From Balanoglossus misakiensis (taxonomy: Eukaryota > Animalia > Hemichordata): a DNA stretch of 64,000 nucleotides. The stretch covers positions 620,001-684,000 of the forward strand of contig CM082582.2 of assembly GCA_040954595.2 (NCBI GenBank), read 5' to 3'. The translations under genes and the position numbers were made by a program. Of this stretch, positions 48,601 to 62,600 are shown one piece after another. A model generated the notes under the pieces. It was given only the letters and a program-made list of their open reading frames with translations. It did no database searches and had not been told where the DNA came from. Numbering within the stretch: position 1 is the stretch's first letter; every line of letters begins with the position of its first letter.

Positions 48601-51600
48601 CCAGCGTCACTGCTTTTAAAAGTCATAAAAACTTTTAACATGCAAGCAATTGCTTATATATGATCAGGTCACCGAATTAAAAAAATAAAGAATGTTTTGC
48701 CTAAAAATGACCTTTTTGGTGCAAAAACGAATAAAACGCAATTTTGTATTAAATCAGCTCATTCAGAGTGCATTTTTTATAATCAGCACCATTTTTACAT
48801 ATAATGGAAATTTCATACATCATCAGATATCCAAATATGAAAAAATGATTTAGATTTTAGATGATTGTCCAAAATTAGCTGATATCTAATAAATGTAGTA
48901 TTGAACCGTTCTGTCCCCCCCCCCTACATTATATGCGGTACGCCGATGTCAGCTTACCCGGCAGTACTGCAGGCCGTGCCCCCAAATAACGTCGGTGTTT
49001 GAAACGCCCTGGTTAAATTCGGGCTTTCTCTATAAATTGACAGGCAATAATGCAGTCCTACCCGAACAAATGTCGAGTGTTGACCCGCTGTGACTTTCCC
49101 TCTTCGGTTTGCCCGACTTAGCCAACGTCTTTGTACTAATGTGTCGGGTCTTTTGCAGAGCCAGGCCAAAGGAAATCCGACTTGATCACCGTTGCTAACG
49201 AACGCTAGTGTCTGTCATGGTGTGCCGGGGTTTTAGTCGAGCCAGGCCGTAGGAGATCTGACTTGATCATCGTGGTCAATGTACGCGTGTTTCCGCTCTA
49301 AAGTGCCGGGGCTTCAGCTAAACCATGCCGTAGGAAATCCGGCGTAATCACCGTTGATAACTCACGCCAGTCTGTGTCATATAGAGCCAGTGCACCAGCC
49401 GAGTCACGCCGTAGGAAATCTGACTTGATCAACTTGGTCAATGTACGCCTGTTTCTGCTCTAAAGTGCCGGGGCTTTAGCTAAACCATGCCGTAGGAAAT
49501 CCGACGTAATCACCGTTGATAACTTACGCCAGTCTGTGTCATATAGAGCCGGTGCACCAGCCGAGTCACGCCGTAGGAAATCTGACTTGATCAACGTGGT
49601 CAATGTACGCCTGTTTCTGCTCTAGAGTGCCGGGGCTTCAGCTGAGCCAGGCCGTAGGAAACCCGACGTGATTACCGTTGTTAACTTACGCCAGTCTGTG
49701 TCCTATATATAGTGCCGGGGCATCAGCCGTGCCAGGCCGAAGGAAATGTGAGTAGATCAACGTTGCTAACGAACGCTAGTGTCTGTCATAGTGTGCCGGG
49801 GTTTTAGTCGCGCCAAGCCGTAGGAGATCAGACTTGATCAACGTGGTCTCTGTACGCGTGTTTCTGCTCTAGAGTGCCGGGGCTTTATCCAACCCATGCC
49901 GTAGAAAATCTGACTTGATCACCGTTGGTAACGTACGCTAGTGTCTGTCATATTGTGACGAGATTTAGCCGAGCCAGGCCGTAGAAAAATCGACTTGTTC
50001 AACGTTATCAGTGTGCAACTGTTTCTGCTCTAGAGTGTCAGGGTTTTAGCCGATTTATGCTGTAGGAAATCAGAGTTGATGAACGGGAATTCAATGTTAG
50101 AAAACCCGTGTGGAAAGTATCTCTACTCGTTTGAAACTAAGAAAAGAATTTATTCTTATTTATTTTGTAAAAAAGACAATGTTTCGAAACAAAGGCGAAA
50201 ATGGTAATTTTGTCTTGGGTGATACAAATTATACCACCTTTTCTGGAATTTGCAGCACTTTTTACAAGAGAACGACACTTCATGCTCCATAATATTTCCG
50301 AAAATGAAGAAAAGAGTTAATTTTTTATGATTTTTTAAAATTTTACCATTTTTGTCAAAATATGGCCAAAATGGCTATTTTTTCTTGAATTCCGTCAATA
50401 TCTCTGCATTTTTGGAGTGGTCGAAACTTTTTACATACAATCAACATGTCATATATGATCGGGGCACCAAATTCGAAGAACAAAGGTTTTTTTATTTTTT
50501 TTTCTAAAAATGACATTTTAAAGGAAAATTTGGTAAAACGCAATTTTGTCTGCAGTGAGCCAAATTAGACGGTCTTTTGTGGAATTTGTATCGATATATA
50601 CATACGAAGAGCATTCTATACTCCATCAGATTTCCAAAAATGTAGAAAACAGGTATTTTTTGTAATTTTCAAAAATTTACCATTTTGACCAAATTGTGGC
50701 TAAAATTGTTATTTTCGTGTTGAATGCCGCCAGTGTCACTGCTTTTAAAAGTCATAAAAACTTTTAACATACAAGCAATTGTTTATATATGATCAGGTCA
50801 CCGAATTAAAAAAATAAAGAATGTTTTGCCTAAAAATGACCTTTTTGGTGCAAAAACGAATAAAACGCAATTTTGTATTAAATCAGCTCATTCAGAGTGC
50901 ATTTTTATAATCAGCACCATTTTTACATATAATGGAAATTTCATACATCAGATATCCAAATATGAAAAGATGATTTAGATTTTAGATGATTGTCCAAAAT
51001 TAGCTGATATCTGATAAATGTAGTATTGAACCGTTCTGTTTCTCCCCCCCCCCCTACATTATATGCGGTACGCCGATGTCACCTTACCCGGCAGTACTGC
51101 AGGCCGTGCCCCCAACTAACGTCGGTGTTTGAAGCGCCCTGGTTAAATTCGGGCTTTCTCTATAAATTAACAGGCAATAATGCAGTCCTACCCGAACAAA
51201 TGTCGAGTGTTGACCCGCTGTGACTTTCCCTCTTCGGTTTGCCCGACTTAGCCAACGTCTCTGTACTAATGTGTCGGGTCTTTTGCAGAGCCAGGCCGAA
51301 GGAAATCCGACTTGATCACCGTTGCTAACGAACGCTAGTGTCTGTCATGGTGTGCCGGGGTTTTAGTCGAGCCAGGCCGTAGGAGATCTGACTTGATCAT
51401 CGTGGTCAATGTACGCGTGTTTCCGCTCTGAAGTGCCGGGGCTTCAGCTAAACCATGCCGTAGGAAATCCGACGTAATCACCGTTGATAACTTACGCCAG
51501 TCTGTGTCATATAGAGCCGGTGCACCAGCCGAGTCACGCCGTAGGAAATCTGACTTGATCAACGTGGTCACTGTACGCCTGTTTCTGCTCTAGAGTGCCG

Positions 51601-53464
51601 GGGCTTCATCTGAGCCAGGCCGTAGGAAACCCGACGTGATTACCGTTGTTAACTTACGCCAGTCTGTGTCCTATATATAGTGCCGGGGCATCAGTCGTGC
51701 CAGGCCGAAGGAAATGTGAGTAGATCAACGTGGTCTCTGTACGCGTGTTTCTGCTCTAGAGTGCCGGGGCTTTAGCCAAGCCATGCCGTAGAAAATCTGA
51801 CTTGATCACCGTTGCTAACGTACGATAGTGTCTGTCATATTGTGACGGAGATTTAGCCGAGCCAGGCCGTAGAAAAATCGACTTGTTCAACGTTACCAGT
51901 GTGCAACTGTTTCTGCTCTAAAGTCTCAGGGTTTTAGCCGACTTATGCTGTAGGAAATCTGAGTTGATGAACGGAAATTCAATGTTAGAAAACCCGTGTG
52001 GAAAGTATCTCTACCCGTTTGAAACTAAGAAAAGAATTTATTCTTATTTTTTTTCTAAAAATGACATTTTCAAGGAAAATTTGGTAAAACGCAATTTTGT
52101 CTGCAGTGAGCCAAATTAGATTGTCTTTTGTGGAATTTGTATCGATATATACATACGAAGAGCATTCTATACTCCATCAGATTTCCGAAAATGTAGAAAA
52201 CAGGTATTTTTTGTAATTTTCAAAAATTTACCTTTTTGACCAAATTATGGCTAAAATTGTTATTTTCGTGTTGAATGCCGCCAGTGTCACTGCTTTTAAA
52301 AGTCATAAAAACTGTTAACATACAAGCAATTGTTTATATATGATCAGGTCACCGAATTAAAAAAAATTAAGAATGTTTGGCCTAAAAATGACCTTTTTGG
52401 TGCAAAAACGAATAAAACGCAATTTTGTATTAAATAACCTCATTCAGAGTGCATTTTTTTTATAATCAGCACCATTTTTACATATAATGGAAATTTCATA
52501 CATCACCAGATATCCAAATATGAAAAAATGATTTAGATTTTAGATGATTGTCCAAAATTAGCTGATATCTAATAAATGTAGTATTGAACCGTTCTGTCCC
52601 CCCCCCTCCCCTACATTATATGCGGTACGCCGATGTCAGCTTACCCGGCAGTACTGCAGGCCGTGCCCCCACCTAACGTCGGTGTTTGAAACGCCCTGGT
52701 TAAATTCGGGCTTTCTCTATAAATTGACAGGCAATAATGCAGTCCTACCCGAACAAATGTCGAGTGTTGACACGCTGTGACTTTCCCTCTTCGGTTTGCC
52801 CGACTTAGCCGACGTCTTTGTACTAGAGTGTCGGGTCTTTTGCAGAGCCAGGCCGAAGGAAATCCGACTTGATCACCGTTGCTAACGAACGCTAGTGTCT
52901 GTCATGGTGTGCCGGGGTTTTAGTCGAGCCAGGCCGTAGGAGATCTGACTTGATCATCGTGGTCAATGTACGCGTGTTTCCGCTCTAAAGTGCCGGGGCT
53001 TCAGCTAAACCAGGCCGTAGGAAATCCGACGTAATCACCGTTGATAACTTACGCCAGTCTGTGTCATATAGAGCCGGTGCACCAGCCGAGTCACGCCGTA
53101 GGAAATCTGACTTGATCAACGTGGTCAATGTACGCCTGTTTCTGCTCTAGAGTGCCGGGGCTTCAGCTGAGCCAGGCCGTAGGAAACCCGACGTGATTAC
53201 AGTTGTTAACTTACGCCAGTCTGTGTCCTATATATAGTGCCGGGGCATCAGCCGTTCCAGGCCGAAGGAAATGTGAGTAGATCAACGTGGTCTCTGTACG
53301 CGTGTTTCTGCTCTAGAGTGTCAGGGCTTTAGCAAAGCCATGCCGTAGGAAATCTGACTTGATCAACGTTGCTAGCGAACGCTAGTGTCTGTCATAGTGT
53401 GCCGGGGTTTTAGTCGAGCCAAGCCGTAGGAGATCAGACTTGATCAACGTTGCTAACGAACGCT

Positions 53465-53651
53465 CAATATTTTTAAGCGTAATTTGAAAACATACCTTTT
53501 TACTCGGTTTTATGTGTAACGTGTTCGATTGTGTCCTTTTAACTATTTTTACCAGCCTTGTATTTTTTAATCTACTGTTTTAGCTGTGCACAATGCGCTG
53601 AGACATATGTGTAGCGCATTTTAAACAATTCTTAATAATAATAATAATAAT
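53465..53651 (+). mobile_element. Second copy of the same truncated LINE insertion
   Basis: Same 5' truncation point, same site and same AACGCT duplication. It has one AAT fewer and a G/A change (GAGACGT vs GAGACAT). Confidence 0.85.
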
Positions 53652-56600
53652 AACGCTAGTGTCTGTCATAGTGTGCCGGGGTTTTAGTCGAGCCAAGCCG
53701 TAGGAGATCAGACTTGATCAACGTGGTCTCTGTACGCGTGTTTCTGCTCTAGAGTGCCGGGGCTTTATCCAAGCCATGCCGTAGAAAATCTGACTTGATC
53801 ACCGTTGCTAACGTACGCTAGTGTCTGTCATATTGTGACGGAGATTTAGCCGAGCCAGGCCGTAGAAAAATCGACTTGTTCAACGTTACCAGTGTGCAAC
53901 TGTTTCTGCTCTAGAGTGTCAGGGTTTTAGCCGACTTATGCTGTAGGAAATCTGAGTTGATGAACGGGAATTCAATGTTAGAAAACCCGTGTGGAAAGTA
54001 TCTCTACCCGTTTGAAACTAAGAAAAGAATTTATTCTTATTTATTTTGTAAAAAAGACAATTTTTTGAAAAAAGTCGAAAAATTGCAATTTTGTCTTGGG
54101 TGATTCAAATTATACCGCCTTTTCTGGAATTTGCAGCACTTTTTACAAGAGAACGACACTTCATGCTCCATAATATTTCCGAAAATGAAGAAAAGAGTTA
54201 ATTTTTTATGATTTTTCAAAAATTTACCATTTTTGTCAAAATATGGCCAAAATGGCTATTTTTCTTGAATTCCGTCAATATCTCTGCATTTTTGGAGTGG
54301 TCGAGAGTTTTAACATACAATCAACATGTCATATATGATCAGGGCACCAAATTCGACGAACAAAGGTTTTTTTATTTTTTTTTCTAAAAATGACATTTTC
54401 AAGGAAAATTTGGTAAAACGCAATTTTGTCTGCAGTGAGCCAAATTAGACGGTCTTTTGTGGAATTTGTATGGATATATACATACGAAGAGCATTCTATA
54501 CTCCATCAGATTTCCGAAAATGTAGAAAACAGGTATTTTTTGTAATTTTCAAAAATTTACCATTTTGACCAAATTGTGGCTAAAATTGTTATTTTCGTGA
54601 TGAATGCCGCCAGTGTCACTGCTTTTAAAAGTCATAAAAACTTTTAACATACAAGCAATTGTTTATATATGATCAGGTCACCGAATTAAAAATATAAAGA
54701 ATGTTTTGCCTAAAAATGACCTTTTTGGTGCAAAAACGAATAAAACGCAATCTTGTATTAAATCAGTTCATTCAGAGTGCATGTTTTATAATAAGCACCA
54801 TTTTTACATATAATGGAAATTTCATACATCATCAGATATCCAAATATGAAAAAATGATTTAGATTTTAGATGATTGTCCAAAATTAGCTGATATCTAATA
54901 AATGTAGTATTGAACCGTTCTGTCCCCCCCCCCCCCTTACATTATATGCGGTACGCCGATGTCAGCTTACCCGGCAGTACTGTAGGCCGTGCCCCCAACA
55001 AACGTCGGTGTTTGAAACGCCCTGGTTAAATTCGGGCTCTCTCTATAAATCGACAGGCAATAATGCAGTCCTACCGGAACAAATGTCGAGTGTTGACCCG
55101 CTGCGACTTTCCCTCTTCGGTTTGCCCAACTTAGCCAACGTCTTTGTGCTAAAGTGTCGGGTCTGTTGCAGAGCCAGGCCGAAGGAAATCCGACTTGATC
55201 ACCGTTGCTAACGAACGCTAGTGTCTGTCATGGTGTGCCGGGGTTTTAGTCGAGCCAGGCCGTAGGAGATCTGACTTGATCATCGTGGTCAATGTACGCG
55301 TGTTTCCGCTCTAAAGTGCCGGGGCTTCAGCTAAACCAGGCCGTAGGAAATCCGACGTAATCACTGTTGATAACTTACGCCAGTCTGTGTCATATAGAGC
55401 CGGTGCACCAGCCGAGTCACGCCGTAGGAAATCTGACTTGATCAACGTAGTCAATGTACGCCTGTTTCTGCTCTAGAGTGCCGGGGCTTCAGCTGAGCCA
55501 GGCCGTAGGAAACCCGACGTGATTACCGTTGTTAACTTACGCCAGTTTGTGTCCTATATATAGTGCCGGGGCATCAGCCGTGCCAGGCCGAAGGAAATGT
55601 GAGTAGATCAACGCGGTCTCTGTACGCGTGTTTCTGCTCTAGAGTGCCAGGGCTTTAGCCAAGCCATGCCGTAGGAAATCTGACTTGATCAACGTTGCTA
55701 ACGAACGCTAGTGTCTGTCATAGTGTGCCGGGGTTTTAGTGGAGCCAAGCCGTAGGAGATCAGACTTGATCAACGTGGTCTCTGTACGCGTGTTTCTGCT
55801 CCAGAGTGCCGGGGCTTTATCCAACCCATGCCGTAGAAAATCTGACTTGATCACCGTTGCTAACGTACGCTAGTGTCTGTCATATTGTGACGGAGATTTA
55901 GCCGAGCCAGGCAGTAGAAAAATCGACTTGTTCAACGTTACCAGTGTGCAACTGTTTCTGCTCTAGAGTGTCAGGGTTTTAGCCGACTTATGCTGTAGGA
56001 AATCTGAGTTGATGAACGGGAATTCAATGTTAGAAAACCCGTGTGGAAAGTATCTCTACCCGTTTGAAACTAAGAAAAGAATTTATTCTTATTTATTTTG
56101 TAAAAAAGACAATTTTTCGAAAAAAAGTCGAAAAATTGCAATTTTGTCTTGGGTGATTCAAATTATACCGCCTTTTCTGGAATTTGCAGCACTTTTTACA
56201 AGAGAACGACACTTCATGCTCCATAATATTTCCGAAAATGAAGAAAAGAGTTAATTTTTTATGATTTTTCAAAAAATTACCATTTTTGTCAAAATATGGC
56301 CAAAATGGCTATTTTTCTTGAATTCCGTCAATATCTCTGCATTTTTGGAGTGGTCGAGAGTTTTAACATACAATCAACATGTCATATATGATCAGGGCAC
56401 CAAATTCGAAGAACAAAGGTTTTTTTATTTTTTTTTCTAAAAATGACATTTTCAAGGAAAATTTGGTAAAACGCAATTTTATCTGCAGTGAGCCAAATTA
56501 GACGGTCTTTTGTGGAATTTGTATCGATATATACATACGAAGAGCATTCTATACTCCATCAGATTTCCGAAAATGTAGAAAACAGGTATTTTTTGTAATT

Positions 56601-59600
56601 TTCAAAAATTTACCATTTTGACAAATTGTGGCTAAAATTGTTATTTTCGTGATGAATGCCGCCAGTGTCACTGCTTTTAAAAGTCATAAAAACGTTTAAC
56701 ATACAAGCAATTGTTTATATATGATCAGGTCACCGAATTAAAAATATAAAGAATGTTTTGCCTAAAAATGACCTTTTTGGTGCAAAAACGAATAAAACGC
56801 AATCTTGTATTAAAACAGTTCATTCAGAGTGCATGTTTTATAATAAGCACCATTTTTACATATAATGGAAATTTCATACATCATCAGATATCCAAATATG
56901 AAAAAATGATTTAGATTTTAGATGATTGTCCAAAATTAGCTGATATCTAATAAATGTAGTATTGAACCGTTCTGTCCCCCCCCCCCCCCCCCTTACATTA
57001 TATGCGGTACGCCGATGTCAGCTTACCCGGCAGTACTGTAGGCCGTGCCCCCAACAAACGTCGGTGTTTGAAACGCCCTGGTTAAATTCGGGCTCTCTCT
57101 ATAAATCGACAGGCAATAATGCAGTCCTACCGGAACAAATGTCGAGTGTTGACCCGCTGCGACTTTCCCTCTTCGGTTTGCCCAACTTAGCCAACGTCTT
57201 TGTACTAGAGTGTTGGGTCTTTTGCAGAGCCAGGCCGAAGGAAATCCGACTTGATCACCGTTGCTAACGAACGCTAGTGTCTGTCATGGTGTGCCGGGGT
57301 TTTAGTCGAGCCAGGCCGTAGGAGATCTGACTTGATCATCGTGGTCAATGTACGCGTGTTTCCGCTCTAAAGTGCCGGGGCTTCAGCTAAACCAGGCCGT
57401 AGGAAATCCGACGTAATCACCGTTGATAACTTACGCCAGTCTGTGTCATATAGAGCCGGTGCACCAGCCGAGTCACGCCGTAGGAAATCTGACTTGATCA
57501 ACGTGGTCAATGTACGCCTGTTTCTGCTCTAGAGTGCCGGGGCTTCAGCTGAGCCAGGCCGTAGGAAACCCGACGTGATTACCGTTGTTAACTTACGCCA
57601 GTTTGTGTCCTATATATAGTGCCGGGGCATCAGCCGTGCCAGGCCGAAGGAAATGTGAGTAGATCAACGTGGTCTCTGTACGCGTGTTTCTGCTCTAGAG
57701 TGCCAGGGCTTTAGCCAAGCCATGCCGTAGGAAATCTGACTTGATCAACGTTGCTAACGAACGCTAGTGTCTGTCATAGTGTGCCGGGGTTTTAGTCGAG
57801 CCAAGCCGTAGGAGATCAGACTTGATCAACGTGGTCTCTGTACGCGTTTTTCTGCTCTAGAGTGCCGGGGCTTTATCCAACCCATGCCGTAGAAAATCTG
57901 ACTTGATCACCGTTGCTAACGTACGCTAGTGTCTGTCATATTGTGACGGAGATTTAGCCGAGCCAGGCCGTAGAAAAATCGACTTGTTCAACGTTACCAG
58001 TGTGCAACTGTTTCTGCTCTAGAGTGTCAGGGTTTTAGCCGACTTATGCTGTAGGAAATCTGAGTTGATGAACGGGAATTCAATGTTAGAAAACCCGTGT
58101 GGAAAGTATCTCTACCCGTTTGAAACTAAGAAAAGAATTTATTCTTATTTATTTTGTAAAAAAGACAATTTTTCGAAAAAAAAGTCGAAAAATTGCAATT
58201 TTGTCTTGGGTGATTCAAATTATACCGCCTTTTCTGGAATTTGCAGCACTTTTTACAAGAGAACGACACTTCATGCTCCAAAATATTTCCGAAAATGAAG
58301 AAAAGAGTTAATTTTTTATGATTTTTCAAAAATTTACCATTTTTGTCACAATATGGCCAAAATGGCTATTTTTCTTGAATTCCGTCAATATCTCAGCATT
58401 TTTGGAGTAGTCGAGAGTTTTAACATACAATCAACATGTCATATATGATCAGGGCACCAAATTCGAAGAACAAAGGTTTTTTTTTTTTTTTTTCTAAAAA
58501 TGACATTTTCAAGGAAAATTTGGTAAACGCAATTTTGTCTGCAGTGAGCCAAATTAGACGGTCTTTTGTGGAAATTGTATCGATATATACATACGAAGAG
58601 CATTTTACACTCCATCAGATTTCCGAAAATGTAGAAAACAGGTATTTTTTGTAAATTTCAAAAATTTACCATTTTGACTAAATTGTGGCTAAAATTGTTA
58701 TTTTCGTGATGAATGCCGCCAGTGTCACTGCTTTTAAAAGTCATAAAAACTTTTAACATACAAGCAATTGTTTAGATATGATCAGGTCACCGAATTAAAA
58801 GAATAAAGAATGTTTTGCCTAAAAATGACCTTTTTGGTGCAAAAACGAATAAAACGCAATCTTGTATTAAATCAGTTCATTCAGAGTGCATGTTTTATAA
58901 TAAGCACCAATTTTACATATAATGGAAATTTCATACATCATCAGATATCCAAATATGAAAAAATGATTTAGATTTTAGATGATTGTCCAAAATTAGCTGA
59001 TATCTAATAAATGTAGTATTGAACCGTTCTGCCCCCCCCCCCCCTTTACATTATATGCGGTACGCCGATGTCAGCTTACCCGGCAGTACTGTAGGCCGTG
59101 CCCCCAACAAACGTCGGTGTTTGAAACGCCCTGGTTAAATTCGGGCTCTCTCTATAAATCGACAGGCAATAATGCAGTCCTACCGGAACAAATGTCAAGT
59201 GTTGAACCGCTGTGACTTTCCCTGTTCGGTTTGCCCGACTTGTACTAGACTTGTACTAGAGTGTCGGGTCTTTTGCAGAGCCAGGCCGAAGGAAATCCGA
59301 CTTGATCACCGTTGCTAACGAACGCTAGTGTCTGTCATGGTGTGCCGGGGTTTTAGTCGAGCCAGGCCGTAGGAGATCTGACTTGATCATCGTGGTCAAT
59401 GTACGCGTGTTTCCGCTCTAAAGTGCCGGGGCTTCAGCTAAACCAGGCCGTAGGAAATCCGACGTAATCACCGTTGATAACTTACGCCAGTCTGTGTCAT
59501 ATAGAGCCGGTGCACCAGCCGAGTCACGCCGTAGGAAATCTGACTTGATCAACGTGGTCAATGTACGCCTGTTTCTGCTCTAGAGTGCCGGGGCTTCAGC

Positions 59601-62600
59601 TGAGCCAGGCCGTAAGAAAACCCGACGTGATTACCGTTGTTAACTTACGCCAGTCTGTGTCCTATATATAGTGCCGGGGCATCAGCCGTGCCAGGCCGAA
59701 GGAAATGTGAGAAGATCAACGTGGTCTCTGTACGCGTGTTTCTGCTCTAGAGTGCCAGGGCTTTAGTTAAGCCATGCCGTAGGAAATCTGACTTGATCAA
59801 AGTTGCTAACGAACGCTAGTGTCTGTCATAGTGTGCCGGGGTTTTAGTCGAGCCAAGCCGTAGGAGATCAGACTTGATCAACGTGGTCTCTGTACGCGTG
59901 TTTCTGCTCTAGAGTGCCGGGGCTTTATCCAAGCCATGCCGTAGTAAATCTGACTTGATCACCGTTGCTAACGTACGCTAGTGTCTGTCATATTGTGACG
60001 GAGATTTAGCCGAGCCAGGTCGTAGAAAAATCGACTTGTTCAACGTTACCAGTGTGCAACTGTTTCTGCTCTAGAGTGTCAGGGTTTTAGCCGACTTATG
60101 CTGTAGGAAATCTGAGTTGATGAACGGGAATTCAATGTTAGAAAACCCGTGTGGAAAGTATCTCTACCCGTTTGAAACTAAGAAAAGAATTTATTCTTAT
60201 TTATTTTGTAAAAAAAGACAATTTTTCGAAAAAAAGTTGAAAATGGTAATTTTGTCTTGGGTGATTCAAATTATACCGCCTTTTCTGGAATTTGCAGCAC
60301 TTTTTGCAAGAGAACGACACTTCATGCTCCATAATATTTCCGAAAATGAAGAAAAGAGCTAATTTTTTATGATTTTTCAAAAATTTACCATTTTTGTCAA
60401 AATATGGCCAAAATGGCTATTTTTCTTGAATTCCGTCAATATCTCTGCATTTTTGGAGTGGTCGAGAGTTTTAACATACAATCAACATGTCATATATGAT
60501 CAGGGCACCAAATTCGAAGAACAAAGGTTTTTTTATTTTTTTTTCTAAAAATGACATTTTCAAGGAAAATTTGGTAAAACGCAATTTTGTCTGCAGTGAG
60601 CCAAATTAGACGGTCTTTTGTGGAATTTGTATCGATATATACATACGAAGAGCATTCTATACTCCATCAGATTTCCGAAAATGTAGAAAACAGGTATTTT
60701 TTGTAATTTTCAAAAATTTACCATTTTGACCAAATTGTGGCTAAAATTGTTATTTTCGTGATGAATGCCGCCAGTGTCACTGCTTTTAAAAGTCATAAAA
60801 ACGTTTAACATACAAGCAATTGTTTATATATGATCAGGTCACCGAATTAAAAATATAAAGAATGTTTTGCCTAAAAATGACCTTTTTGGTGCAAAAACGA
60901 ATAAAACGCAATCTTGTATTAAAACAGTTCATTCAGAGTGCATGTTTTATAATAAGCAACATTTTTACATATAATGGAAATTTCATACATCATCAGATAT
61001 CCAAATATGAAAAAATGATTTAGATTTAAGATGATTGTCCAAAATTAGCTGATATCTAATAAATGTAGTATTGAACCGTTCTGTCCCCCCCCCCCCCTTA
61101 CATTATATGCGGTACGCCGATGTCAGCTTACCCGGCAGTACTGTAGGCCGTGCCCCCAACAAACGTCGGTGTTTGAAACGCCCTTGTTGAATTCGGGCTC
61201 TCTCTATAAATCGACAGGCAATAATGCAGTCCTACCGGAACAAATGTCGAGTGTTGACCCGCTGCGACTTTCCCTCTTCGGTTTGCCCAACTTAGCCAAC
61301 GTCTTTGTACTAGAGTGTTGGGTCTTTTGCAGAGCCAGGCCGAAGGAAATCCGACTTGATCACCGTTGCTAACGAACGCTAGTGTCTGTCATGGTGTGCC
61401 GGGGTTTTAGTCGAGCCAGGCCGTAGGAGATCTGACTTGATCATCGTGGTCAATGTACGCGTGTTTCCGCTCTAAAGTGCCGGGGCTTCAGCTAAACCAG
61501 GCCGTAGGAAATCCGACGTAATCACCGTTGATAACTTACGCCAGTCTGTGTCATATAGAGCCGGTGCACCAGCCGAGTCACGCCGTAGGAAATCTGACTT
61601 GATCAACGTGGTCAATGTACGCCTGTTTCTGCTCTAGAGTGCCGGGGCTTCAGCTGAGCCAGGCCGTAGGAAACCCGACGTGATTACCGTTGTTAACTTA
61701 CGCCAGTTTGTGTCCTATATATAGTGCCGGGGCATCAGCCGTGCCAGGCCGAAGGAAATGTGAGTAGATCAACGTGGTCTCTGTACGCGTGTTTCTGCTC
61801 TAGAGTGCCAGGGCTTTAGCCAAGCCATGCCGTAGGAAATCTGACTTGATCAACGTTGCTAACGAACGCTAGTGTCTGTCATAGTGTGCCGGGGTTTTAG
61901 TCGAGCCAAGCCGTAGGAGATCAGACTTGATCAACGTGGTCTCTGTACGCGTTTTTCTGCTCTAGAGTGCCGGGGCTTTATCCAACCCATGCCGTAGAAA
62001 ATCTGACTTGATCACCGTTGCTAACGTACGCTAGTGTCTGTCATATTGTGACGGAGATTTAGCCGAGCCAGGCCGTAGAAAAATCGACTTGTTCAACGTT
62101 ACCAGTGTGCAACTGTTTCTGCTCTAGAGTGTCAGGGTTTTAGCCGACTTATGCTGTAGGAAATCTGAGTTGATGAACGGGAATTCAATGTTAGAAAACC
62201 CGTGTGGAAAGTATCTCTACCCGTTTGAAACTAAGAAAAGAATTTATTCTTATTTATTTTGTAAAAAAGACAATTTTTCGAAAAAAAAGTCGAAAAATTG
62301 CAATTTTGTCTTGGGTGATTCAAATTATACCGCCTTTTCTGGAATTTGCAGCACTTTTTACAAGAGAACGACACTTCATGCTCCATAATATTTCCGAAAA
62401 TGAAGAAAAGAGTTAATTTTTTATGATTTTTCAAAAATTTACCATTTTTGTCACAATATGGCCAAAATGGCTATTTTTCTTGAATTCCGTCAATATCTCA
62501 GCATTTTTGGAGTAGTCGAGAGTTTTAACATACAATCAACATGTCATATATGATCAGGGCACCAAATTCGAAGAACAAAGGTTTTTTTTTTTTTTTTTTC

